Positions 45,001-58,917 of a stretch of 64,000 bases of DNA are shown here, one piece after another. The notes beneath the pieces were generated by a model. That model was not told where the DNA came from and did not search any database. It saw nothing but the letters and a program-made list of their open reading frames with translations. The first letter of the stretch is position 1. Each line of letters begins with the position of its first letter. A program made the translations under genes and the position numbers. This DNA comes from Eledone cirrhosa (Eukaryota): assembly GCA_964016885.1 (NCBI GenBank), contig OZ024742.1:369954001-370018000 (forward strand), written 5' to 3'.

Positions 45001-48000
45001 CATCTTATTGACTAGGGTGACAAGGGTTAGACAGATCCAGTCTCACAACAGATAGGTCAAGACATCCACTGTACATCTTATTGTCTAGGTTGACATGGTT
45101 TAGACAGATCCTGTCTCACAATAGACAGGTCAAGATATCCACTGTACATCTTATTGTCTATGTTGACATGGGTTAGACAGATCCTGTCTCACAATAGATA
45201 GGTCAAGACATCCACTGTACAACATCTTATTGTCTAGGTTGACATGGGTTAGACAGGTCCTGTCGCACAATAGATAGGTCAAGACATCCACTGTACATCT
45301 TATTGTCTAGGTTGACATGGGTTAGACAGATCCTGTCTCACAATAGATAGATCAAGACATCCACTGTACAACATCTTATTGTCTAGGTTGACATGGGTTA
45401 GACAGATCCTGTCTCACAATAGACAGGTCAAGACATTCACTGTACAACATCTTATTGTCAATGTTGACAAGGGTTAGACAGATCCTGTCTCACAATAGAT
45501 CGGTCACGACATCCACTGTACATCTTAATGTCTAGGTTGACATGGGTTAGACAGATCCTGTCTCACAATAGATAGGTCAAGACATCCACTGTACAACATC
45601 TTACTGTCTGGGTTGACATGGGTTAGACAGATCCTGTCTCACAATAGATAGGTCAAGACATCCACTGCACAACATCTTATTGTCTAGGTTGACATGGGTT
45701 AGACAGATTCTGTCTTACAATAAATAGGTCAAGACATCCACTGTACAACATCTTATTGTCTAGGTTGACATGGGTTAGACAGATCCTCTCTCACAATAGA
45801 CAGGTCAAGACATCCACTGTACAACATCTTATTGTCTAGGTTGACATGGGTTAGACAGATCCAGTCTCACAATAGATAGGTCAAGACATCCACTGTACAA
45901 CATCTTATTGTCTAGGTTGACATGGGTTAGACAGATCGAGTCTCACAATAGATAGGTCAAGACATCCACTGTACAACATCTTATTTTCTAGGTTGGCATG
46001 GGTTAGACAGATCCAGTCTCACAATAGATAGGTCAAGACATCCACTATACAACATCTTATTGTCTAGGTTGACATGGGTTAGACAGATCCTGTCTCACAA
46101 TAGACAGGTCAAGACATCCACTGTACAACATCTTATTGTCTATGTTGACATGGGTTAGACAGATCCTGTCTCACAATAGACAGGTCAAGACATCCACTGT
46201 ACAACATCTTATTGTCTAGGTTGACATGGGTTAGACAGATCCTGTCTCACAATAGACAGGTCAAGACATCCACTGTACAACATCTTATTGTCTGGGTTGA
46301 CATGGGTTAGACAGATCCTGCTCACAATAGATAGGTCAAGACATCCACTGTACAACATCTTATTGTCTATGTTGACATGGGTTAGACAGATCCTGTCTCA
46401 CAATAGATAGGTCAAGACATCCACTGTACATCTTATTGTCTAGGGTGACAAGGGTTAGACAGATCCAGTCTCACAACAGATAGGTCAAGACATCCACTGT
46501 ACATCTTATTGTCTAGGTTGACATGGTTTAGACAGATCCTGTCTCACAATAGACAGGTCAAGATATCCACTGTACATCTTATTGTCTATGTTGACATGGG
46601 TTAGACAGATCCTGTCTCACAATAAATAGGTCAAGACATCCACTGTACAACATCTTATTATCTAGGTTGACATGGGTTAGACAGATCCTGTCTCACAATA
46701 GATAGGTCAAGACATCCACTGTACATCTTATTGTCTAGGTTGACATGGGTTAGACAGATCCTGTCTCACAATAGACAGGTCAAGACATCCACTGTACAAC
46801 ATCTTATTGTCTGGGTTGACATGGGTTAGACAGATCCTGCTCACAATAGATAGGTCAAGACATCCACTGTACAACATCTTATTGTCTATGTTGACATGGG
46901 TTAGACAGATCCTGTCTCACAATAGATAGGTCAAGACATCCACTGTACATCTTATTGTCTAGGGTGACAAGGGTTAGACAGATCCAGTCTCACAACAGAT
47001 AGGTCAAGACATCCACTGTACATCTTATTGTCTAGGTTGACATGGTTTAGACAGATCCTGTCTCACAATAGACAGGTCAAGATATCCACTGTACATCTTA
47101 TTGTCTATGTTGACATGGGTTAGACAAATCCTGTCTCACAATAGATAGGTCAAGACATCCACTGTACAACATCTTATTATCTAGGTTGACATGGGTTAGA
47201 CAGATCCTGTCTCACAATAGATAGGTCAAGACATCCACTGTACATCTTATTGTCTAGGTTGACATGGGTTAGACAGATCCTGTCTCACAATAGACAGGTC
47301 AAGACATCCACTGTACAACATCTTATTGTCTAGGTTGACATGGGTTAGACAGATCCTGTCTCACAATAGATAGGTCAAGACATCCACTGTACAACATCTT
47401 ATTGTCTAGGTTGACATGGGTTAGACAGATCCTGTCTCACAATAGATAGGTCAAGACATCCACTGTACATCTTATTTTCTAGGTTGACATGGGTTAGACA
47501 GATCCTGTCTCACAATAGATAGGTCAAGACATCCACTGTACAACATCTTATCGTCTATGTTGACATGGGTTAGACAGATCCAGTCTCACAATAGATAGGT
47601 CAAGACATCCACTGTACATATTATAGTCTAGGTTGACATGGGTTAGACAGATCCTGTCTCAAAATAGACAGGTCAAGACATCCACTGTACATCTTATTGT
47701 CTAGGTTGACATGGGTTAGACAGATCCTGTCTCACAATAGACAGGTCAAGACATCCACTGTACAACAACTTATTGTCTAGTTTGACATGGGTTAGACAGA
47801 TCCTGTCTCACAATAGACAGTTTAAGACATCCACTGTACAACATCTTATTGTCTAGGTTGACATGGGTTAGACAGATCCTGTCTCACGATAGATAGGTCA
47901 AGACATCCACTGTACAACATCTTATTGTCTAGGTTGACATGGGTTAGACAGATCCTGTCTCACAATAGATAGGTCAAGACATCCACTGTACAACATCTTA

Positions 48001-51000
48001 TTGTCTAGGTTGACATGGGTTAGACAGATCCTGTCTCACAATAGACAGGTCAAGACATCCACTGTACATCTTATTGTCTTGGTTGACATGGGTTAGACAG
48101 ATCCTGTCTCACAATAGACAGGTTAAGACATCCACTGTACATCTTATTGTCTAGGTTGACATGGGTTAAACAGATCCTGTCTCACAATAGATAGCTCAAG
48201 ACATCCACTGTACAACATCTTATTGTCTAGGGTGACATGGGTTAGACAGATCCTGTCTCACAATAGATAGGTCAAGACATCCACTGTACAACATCTTATT
48301 GTCTAGGTTGACATGGGTTAGACAGGTCCTGTCGCACAATAGATAGGTCAAGACATGCACTGTACATCTTATTGTCTAGGTTGACATGGGTTAGACAGAT
48401 CCTGTCTCACAATAGATAGATCAAGACATCCACTGTACAACATCTTATTGTCTAGGTTGACATGGGTTAGACAGATCCTGTCTCACAATAGACAGGTCAA
48501 GACATTCACTGTACAACATCTTATTGTCAATGTTGACAAGGGTTAGACAGATCCTGTCTCACAATAGATCGGTCACGACATCCACTGTACATCTTAATGT
48601 CTAGGTTGACATGGGTTAGACAGATCCTGTCTCACAATAGACAGGTCAAGACATCCACTGTACAACATCTTATTGTCTGGGTTGACATGGGTTAGACAGA
48701 TCCTGTCTCACAATAGATAGGTCAAGACATCCACTGCACAACATCTTATTGTCTAGGTTGACATGGGTTAGACAGATTCTGTCTTACAATAAATAGGTCA
48801 AGACATCCACTGTACAACATCTTATTGTCTAGGTTGACATGGGTTAGACAGATCCTCTCTCACAATAGACAGGTCAAGACATCCACTGTACAACATCTTA
48901 TTGTCTAGGTTGACATGGGTTAGACAGATCCAGTCTCACAATAGATAGGTCAAGACATCCACTGTACAACATCTTATTGTCTAGGTTGACATGGGTTAGA
49001 CAGATCGAGTCTCACAATAGATAGGTCAAGACATCCACTGTACAACATCTTATTGTCTAGGTTGGCATGGGTTAGACAGATCCAGTCTCACAATAGATAG
49101 GTCAAGACATCCACTATACAACATCTTATTGTCTAGGTTGACATGGGTTAGACAGATCCTGTCTCACAATAGACAGGTCAAGACATCCACTGTACAACAT
49201 CTTATTGTCTATGTTGACATGGGTTAGACAGATCCTGTCTCACAATAGACAGGTCAAGATATCCACTGTATATCTTATTGTCTATGTTGACATGGGTTAG
49301 ACAGATCCTGTCTCACAATAGATAGGTCAAGACATCCACTGTACAACATCTTATTATCTAGGTTGACATGGGTTAGACAGATCCTGTCTCACAATAGATA
49401 GGTCAAGACATCCACTGTACATCTTATTGTCTAGGTTGACATGGGTTAGACAGATCCTGTCTCACAATAGACAGGTCAAGACATCCACTGTACAACATCT
49501 TATTGTCTAGGTTGACATGGGTTAGACAGATCCTGTCTCACAATAGATAGGTCAAGACATCCACTGTACAACATCTTATTGTCTAGGTTGACATGGGTTA
49601 GACAGATCCTGTCTCACAATAGATAGGTCAAGACATCCACTGTACATCTTATTTTCTAGGTTGACATGGGTTAGACAGATCCTGTCTCACAATAGATAGG
49701 TCAAGACATCCACTGTACAACATCTTATCGTCTATGTTGACATGGGTTAGACAGATCCAGTCTCACAATAGATAGGTCAAGACATCCACTGTACATCTTA
49801 TAGTCTAGGTTGACATGGGTTAGACAGATCCTGTCTCAAAATAGACAGGTCAAGACATCCACTGTACATCTTATTGTCTAGGTTGACATGGGTTAGACAG
49901 ATCCTGTCTCACAATAGACAGGTTAAGACATCCACTGTACATCTTATTGTCTAGGTTGACATGGGTTAAACAGATCCTGTCTCACAATAGATAGCTCAAG
50001 ACATCCACTGTACAACATCTTATTGTCTAGGGTGACATGGGTTAGACAGATCCTGTCTCACAATAGATAGGTCAAGACATCCACTGTACAACATCTTATT
50101 GTCTAGGTTGACATGGGTTAGACAGGTCCTGTCGCACAATAGATAGGTCAAGACATCCACTGTACATCTTATTGTCTAGGTTGACATGGGTTAGACAGAT
50201 CCTGTCTCACAATAGATAGATCAAGATATCCACTGTACAACATCTTATTGTCTAGGTTGACATGGGTTAGACAGATCCTGTCTCACAATAGACAGGTCAA
50301 GACATTCACTGTACAACATCTTATTGTCAATGTTGACAAGGGTTAGACAGATCCTGTCTCACAATAGATCGGTCACGACATCCACTGTACATCTTAATGT
50401 CTAGGTTGACATGGGTTAGACAGATCCTGTCTCACAATAGACAGGTCAAGACATCCACTGTACAACATCTTATTGTCTGGGTTGACATGGGTTAGACAGA
50501 TCCTGTCTCACAATAGATAGGTCAAGACATCCACTGCACAACATCTTATTGTCTAGGTTGACATGGGTTAGACAGATTCTGTCTTACAATAAATAGGTCA
50601 AGACATCCACTGTACAACATCTTATTGTCTAGGTTGACATGGGTTAGACAGATCCTCTCTCACAATAGACAGGTCAAGACATCCACTGTACAACATTTTA
50701 TTGTCTAGGTTGACATGGGTTAGACAGATCCAGTCTCACAATAGATAGGTCAAGACATCCACTGTACAACATCTTATTGTCTAGGTTGACATGGGTTAGA
50801 CAGATCGAGTCTCACAATAGATAGGTCAAGACATCCACTGTACAACATCTTATTGTCTAGGTTGGCATGGGTTAGACAGATCCAGTCTCACAATAGATAG
50901 GTCAAGACATCCACTATACAACATCTTATTGTCTAGGTTGACATGGGTTAGACAGATCCTGTCTCACAATAGACAGGTCAAGACATCCACTGTACAACAT

Positions 51001-54000
51001 CTTATTGTCTATGTTGACATGGGTTAGACAGATCCTGTCTCATAATAGACAGGTCAAGACATCCACTGTACAACATCTTATTGTCTAGGTTGACATGGGT
51101 TAGACAGATCCTGTCTCACAATAGACAGGTCAAGACATCCACTGTACAACATCTTATTGTCTAGGTTGACATGGGTTAGACAGATCCTGTCTCACAATAG
51201 ACAGGTCAAGACATCCACTGTACAACATCTTATTGTCTGGGTTGACATGGGTTAGACAGATCCTGCTCACAATAGATAGGTCAAGACATCCACTGTACAA
51301 CATCTTATTGTCTATGTTGACATGGGTTAGACAGATCCTGTCTCACAATAGATAGGTCAAGACATCCACTGTACATCTTATTGACTAGGTGACAAGGGTT
51401 AGACAGATCCAGTCTCACAACAGATAGGTCAAGACATCCACTGTACATCTTATTGTCTAGGTTGACATGGTTTAGACAGATCCTGTCTCACAATAGACAG
51501 GTCAAGATATCCACTGTACATCTTATTGTCTATGTTGACATGGGTTAGACAGATCCTGTCTCACAATAAATAGGTCAAGACATCCACTGTACAACATCTT
51601 ATTATCTAGGTTGACATGGGTTAGACAGATCCTGTCTCACAATAGATAGGTCAAGACATCCACTGTACATCTTATTGTCTAGGTTGACATGGGTTAGACA
51701 GATCCTGTCTCACAATAGACAGGTCAAGACATCCACTGTACAACATCTTATTGTCTGGGTTGACATGGGTTAGATAGATCCTGCTCACAATAGATAGGTC
51801 AAGACATCCACTGTACAACATCTTATTGTCTATGTTGACATGGGTTAGACAGATCCTGTCTCACAATAGATAGGTCAAGACATCCACTGTACATCTTATT
51901 GTCTAGGGTGACAAGGGTTAGACAGATCCAGTCTCACAACAGATAGGTCAAGACATCCACTGTACATCTTATTGTCTAGGTTGACATGGTTTAGACAGAT
52001 CCTGTCTCACAATAGACAGGTCAAGATATCCACTGTACATCTTATTGTCTATGTTGACATGGGTTAGACAGATCCTGTCTCACAATAGATAGGTCAAGAC
52101 ATCCACTGTACAACATCTTATTATCTAGGTTGACATGGGTTAGACAGATCCTGTCTCACAATAGACAGGTCAAGACATCCACTGTACAACATCTTATTGT
52201 CTAGGTTGACATGGGTTAGACAGATCCTGTCTCACAATAGATAGGTCAAGACATCCACTGTACAACATCTTATTGTCTAGGTTGACATGGGTTAGACAGA
52301 TCCTGTCTCACAATAGATAGGTCAAGACATCCACTGTACATCTTATTTTCTAGGTTGACATGGGTTAGACAGATCCTGTCTCACAATAGATAGGTCAAGA
52401 CATCCACTGTACAACATCTTATCGTCTATGTTGACATGGGTTAGACAGATCCAGTCTCACAATAGATAGGTCAAGACATCCACTGTACATCTTATAGTCT
52501 AGGTTGACATGGGTTAGACAGATCCTGTCTCAAAATAGACAGGTCAAGACATCCACTGTACATCTTATTGTCTAGGTTGACATGGATTAGACAGATCCTG
52601 TCTCACAATAGACAGGTCAAGACATCCACTGTACAACAACTTATTGTCTAGTTTGACATGGGTTAGACAGATCCTGTCTCACAATAGACAGTTTAAGACA
52701 TCCACTGTACAACATCTTATTGTCTAGGTTGACATGGGTTAGACAGATCCTGTCTCACGATAGATAGGTCAAGACATCCACTTTACAACATCTTATTGTC
52801 TAGGTTGACATGGGTTAGACAGATCCTGTCTCACAATAGACAGGTCAAGACATCCACTGTACATCTTATTGTCTAGGTTGACATGGGTTAGACAGATCCT
52901 GTCTCACAATAGACAGGTTAAGACATCCACTGTACATCTTATTGTCTAGGTTGACATGGGTTAAACAGATCCTGTCTCACAATAGATAGCTCAAGACATC
53001 CACTGTACAACATCTTATTGTCTAGGGTGACATGGGTTAGACAGATCCTGTCTCACAATAGATAGGTCAAGACATCCACTGTACAACATCTTATTGTCTA
53101 GGTTGACATGGGTTAGACAGGTCCTGTCTCACAATAGATAGGTCAAGACATCCACTGTACAACATCTTATCGTCTATGTTGACATGGGTTAGACAGATCC
53201 AGTCTCACAATAGATAGGTCAAGACATCCACTGTACATCTTATAGTCTAGGTTGACATGGGTTAGACAGATCCTGTCTCAAAATAGACAGGTCAAGACAT
53301 CCACTGTACATCTTATTGTCTAGGTTGACATGGGTTAGACAGATCCTGTCTCACAATAGACAGGTCAAGACATCCACTGTACAACAACTTATTGTCTAGT
53401 TTGACATGGGTTAGACAGATCCTGTCTCACAATAGACAGTTTAAGACATCCACTGTACAACATCTTATTGTCTAGGTTGACATGGGTTAGACAGATCCTG
53501 TCTCAGAATAGATAGGTCAAGACATCCACTGTACAACATCTTATTGTCTAGGGTGACATGGGTTAGACAGATCCTGTCTCACAATAGACAGGTTAAGACA
53601 TCCACTGTACATCTTATTGTCTAGGTTGACATGGGTTAAACAGATCCTGTCTCACAATAGATAGCTCAAGACATCCACTGTACAACATCTTATTGTCTAG
53701 GGTGACATGGGTTAGACAGATCCTGTCTCACAATAGATAGGTCAAGACATCCACTGTACAACATCTTATTGTCTAGGTTGACATGGGTTAGACAGGTCCT
53801 GTCTCACAATAGATAGGTCAAGACATCCACTGTACATCTTATTGTCTAGGTTGACATGGGTTAGACAGATCCTGTCTCACAATAGATAGATCAAGACATC
53901 CACTGTACAACATCTTATTGTCTAGGTTGACATGGGTTAGACAGATCCTGTCTCACAATAGACAGGTCAAGACATTCACTGTACAACATCTTATTGTCAA

Positions 54001-57000
54001 TGTTGACAAGGGTTAGACAGATCCTGTCTCACAATAGATCGGTCACAACATCCACTGTACATCTTAATGTCTAGGTTGACATGGGTTAGACAGATCCTGT
54101 CTCACAATAGACAGGTCAAGACATCCACTGTACAACATCTTATTGTCTGGGTTGACATGGGTTAGACAGATCCTGTCTTACAATAAATAGGTCAAGACAT
54201 CCACTGTACAACATCTTATTGTCTAGGTTGACATGGGTTAGACAGATCCTCTCTCACAATAGACAGGTCAAGACATCCACTGTACAACATCTTATTGTCT
54301 AGGTTGACATGGGTTGGACAGATCCTGTCTCACAATAGATAGGTCAAGACATCCACTGTACAACATCTTATTGTCTAGGTTGACATGGGTTAGACAGATC
54401 CTGTCTTACAATAAATAGGTCAAGACATCCACTGTACAACATCTTATTGTCTAGGTTGACATGGGTTAGACAGATCCTCTCTCACAATAGACAGGTCAAG
54501 ACATCCACTGTACAACATCTTATTGTCTAGGTTGACATGGGTTAGACAGATCCTGTCTCACAATAGATAGGTCAAGACATCCACTGTACAACATCTTATT
54601 GTCTAGGTTGACATGGGTTAGACAGATCCTGTCTCACAATAGATAGGTCAAGACATCCACTGTACAACATCTTATTGTCTAGGTTGACATGGGTTAGACA
54701 GATCCTGTCTCACAATAGACAGGTCAATACATCCACTGTACAACATCTTATTGTCTATGTTGACATGGGTTAGACAGATCCTGTCTCACAATAGATAGGT
54801 CAAGACATCCACTGTACATCTTATTGTCTAGGGTGACAAGGGTTAGACAGATCCAGTCTCACAACAGATAGGTCAAGACATCCACTGTACATCTTATTGT
54901 CTAGGTTGACATGGTTTAGACAGATCCTGTCTCACAATAGACAGGTCAAGATATCCACTGTACATCTTATTGTCTATGTTGACATGGGTTAGACAGATCC
55001 TGTCTCACAATAGATAGGTCAAGACATCCACTGTACAACATCTTATTATCTAGGTTGACATGGGTTAGACAGATCCTGTCTCACAATAGATAGGTCAAGA
55101 CATCCACTGTACATCTTATTGTCTAGGTTGACATGGGTTAGACAGATCCTGTCTCACAATAGACAGGTCAAGACATCCACTGTACAACATCTTATTGTCT
55201 AGGTTGACATGGGTTAGACAGATCCTGTCTCACAATAGATAGGTCAAGACATCCACTGTACAACATCTTATTGTCTAGGTTGACATGGGTTAGACAGATC
55301 CTGTCTCACAATAGATAGGTCAAGACATCCACTGTACATCTTATTTTCTAGGTTGACATGGGTTAGACAGATCCTGTCTCACAATAGATAGGTCAAGACA
55401 TCCACTGTACAACATCTTATCGTCTATGTTGACATGGGTTAGACAGATCCAGTCTCACAATAGATAGGTCAAGACATCCACTGTACATCTTATAGTCTAG
55501 GTTGACATGGGTTTGACAGATCCTGTCTCAAAATAGACAGGTCAAGACATCCACTGTACATCTTATTGTCTAGGTTGACATGGGTTAGACAGATCCTGTC
55601 TCACAATAGACAGGTCAAGACATCCACTGTACAACAACTTATTGTCTAGTTTGACATGGGTTAGACAGATCCTGTCTCACAATAGACAGTTTAAGACATC
55701 CACTGTACAACATCTTATTGTCTAGGTTGACATGGGTTAGACAGATCCTGTCTCACGATAGATAGGTCAAGACATCCACTGTACAACATCTTATTGTCTA
55801 GGTTGACATGGGTTAGACAGATCCTGTCTCACAATAGATAGGTCAAGACATCCACTGTACAACATCTTATTGTCTAGGTTGACATGGGTTAGACAGATCC
55901 TGTCTCACAATAGACAGGTCAAGACATCCACTGTACATCTTATTGTCTAGGTTGACATGGGTTAGACAGATCCTGTCTCACAATAGACAGGTTAAGACAT
56001 CCACTGTACATCTTATTGTCTAGGTTGACATGGGTTAAACAGATCCTGTCTCACAATAGATAGCTCAAGACATCCACTGTACAACATCTTATTGTCTAGG
56101 GTGACATGGGTTAGACAGATCCTGTCTCACAATAGATAGGTCAAGACATCCACTGTACAACATCTTATTGTCTAGGTTGACATGGGTTAGACAGGTCCTG
56201 TCTCACAATAGATAGGTCAAGACATCCACTGTACAACATCTTATCGTCTATGTTGACATGGGTTAGACAGATCCAGTCTCACAATAGATAGGTCAAGACA
56301 TCCACTGTACATCTTATAGTCTAGGTTGACATGGGTTAGACAGATCCTGTCTCAAAATAGACAGGTCAAGACATCCACTGTACATCTTATTGTCTAGGTT
56401 GACATGGGTTAGACAGATCCTGTCTCACAATAGACAGGTCAAGACATCCACTGTACAACAACTTATTGTCTAGTTTGACATGGGTTAGACAGATCCTGTC
56501 TCACAATAGACAGTTTAAGACATCCACTGTACAACATCTTATTGTCTAGGTTGACATGGGTTAGACAGATCCTGTCTCACAATAGATAGGTCAAGACATC
56601 CACTGTACAACATCTTATTGTCTAGGTTGACATGGGTTAGACAGATCCTGTCTCACAATAGACAGGTCAAGACATCCACTGTACATCTTATTGTCTAGGT
56701 TGACATGGGTTAGACAGATCCTGTCTCACAATAGACAGGTTAAGACATCCACTGTACATCTTATTGTCTAGGTTGACATGGGTTAAACAGATCCTGTCTC
56801 ACAATAGATAGCTCAAGACATCCACTGTACAACATCTTATTGTCTAGGGTGACATGGGTTAGACAGATCCTGTCTCACAATAGATAGGTCAAGACATCCA
56901 CTGTACAACATCTTATTGTCTAGGTTGACATGGGTTAGACAGGTCCTGTCTCACAATAGATAGGTCAAGACATCCACTGTACATCTTATTGTCTAGGTTG

Positions 57001-58773
57001 ACATGGGTTAGACAGATCCTGTCTCACAATAGATAGATCAAGACATCCACTGTACAACATCTTATTGTCTAGGTTGACATGGGTTAGACAGATCCTGTCT
57101 CACAATAGACAGGTCAAGACATTCACTGTACAACATCTTATTGTCAATGTTGACAAGGGTTAGACAGATCCTGTCTCACAATAGATCGGTCACAACATCC
57201 ACTGTACATCTTAATGTCTAGGTTGACATGGGTTAGACAGATCCTGTCTCACAATAGACAGGTCAAGACATCCACTGTACAACATCTTATTGTCTAGGTT
57301 GACATGGGTTAGACAGATCCTGTCTCACAATAGACAGGTCAAGACATCCACTGTACAACATCTTATTGTCTGGGTTGACATGGGTTAGACAGATCCTGTC
57401 TTACAATAAATAGGTCAAGACATCCACTGTACATCTTATTGTCTAGGTTGACATGGGTTAGACAGATCCTCTCTCACAATAGACAGGTCAAGACATCCAC
57501 TGTACAACATCTTATCGTCTAGGTTGACATGGGTTAGACAGATCCTGTCTCACAATAGACAGGTCAAGACATCCACTGTACAACATCTTATTGTCTAGGT
57601 TGACATGGGTTGGACAGATCCTGTCTCACAATAGACAGGTCAAGACATCCACTGTACAACATCTTATTGTCTGGGTTGACATGGGTTAGACAGATCCTGT
57701 CTTACAATAAATAGGTCAAGACATCCACTGTACAACATCTTATTGTCTAGGTTGACATGGGTTAGACAGATCCTCTCTCACAATAGACAGGTCAAGACAT
57801 CCACTGTACAACATCTTATTGTCTAGGTTGACATGGGTTAGACAGATCCTGTCTCACAATAGATAGGTCAAGACATCCACTGTACAACATCTTATTGTCT
57901 AGGTTGACATGGGTTAGACAGATCCTGTCTCACAATAGATAGGTCAAGACATCCACTGTACAACATCTTATTGTCTAGGTTGACATGGGTTAGACAGATC
58001 CTGTCTCACAATAGACAGGTCAAGACATCCACTGTACAACATCTTATTGTCTAGGTTGACATGGGTTAGACATATCCTGTCTCACAATAGATAGGTCAAG
58101 ACATCCACTGTACAACATCTTATTGTCTAGGTTGACATGGGTTAGACAGATCCTGTCTCACAATAGATAGGTGAAGACATCCACTGTACAACATCTTATT
58201 GTCTAGGTTGACATGGGTTAGACAGATCCTGTCTCACAATAGACAGGTCAAGACATCCACTGTACAACATCTTATTGTCTAGGTTGACATGGGTTAGACA
58301 GATCCTGTCTCACAATAGATAGGTCAAGACATCCACTGTACATCTTATTGTCTAGGTTGACATGGGTTAGACAGATCCTGTCTCACAATAGACAGGTCAA
58401 GACATCCACTGTACAACATATTATTGTCTAGGCTGGCATGGGTTAGACAGATCCAGTCTCACAATAGATAGGTCAAGACATCTACTGTACAACATCTTAT
58501 TGTCTAGGTAGACATGGGTTAGACAGATCCTGTCTCACAGCAGATAGGTCAAGACATCCACTGTACAACATCTTATTGTCTAGCTTGGCATGGGTTAGTC
58601 AGATCCTGTCTCACAATAGACAGGTCAAGACATCCACTGTACATCTTATTGTCTCATATGTTGGCATGGGCTAGACAGATTGTCTCACAATAGACAGGTC
58701 AAGACATCCACTGTACATCTTATTGTCTAGGTTGACATGGGTTAGACAGATTGTCTCACAATAGACAGGTCAA
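1..58773. repeat. Large tandem satellite array, 76-bp monomer (variants 73-75 bp), about 780 copies, open at the left window edge
   Basis: Consensus TCTTATTGTCTAGGTTGACATGGGTTAGACAGATCCTGTCTCACAATAGA(C/T)AGGTCAAGACATCCACTGTACAACA starts at 1, 77, 153 and so on, in one orientation. Length variants: loss of ACA (GTACATCTT, 73 bp), GATAGTCTC (74 bp), CCTGCTCAC and GGTCAAACA (75 bp). The last partial monomer ends at ...GACAGGTCAA, ~58773. Confidence 0.99.
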
Positions 58774-58830
58774 AGAACAATGTATTGTCCCTATATTCCA
58801 TATTTTGCTCTGGTTTCTACAGATGGATAC
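58715..58830 (-). mobile_element. Decayed SINE 3'-tail remnant overlapping the array terminus
   Basis: 58736-58755 matches the reverse complement of 60395-60414 at 19/20. 58814-58830 (TTTCTACAGATGGATAC) matches the reverse complement of 60334-60350 at 15/17. Both motifs are in the same order as in the SINE. Confidence 0.55.
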
Positions 58831-58917
58831 TGGACTTTATTTATCATGGCACCAGTGTTTGGGTTTTATGTCATTAGCAGAATTAAAACAGCCTCTCATC
58901 TCCTTATTATAACAAGA

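Noticed and set aside
1-58773. CRISPR-like array
   Set aside because: The whole 76-bp unit repeats, with no unique spacers and no cas genes, and the flank is eukaryotic.
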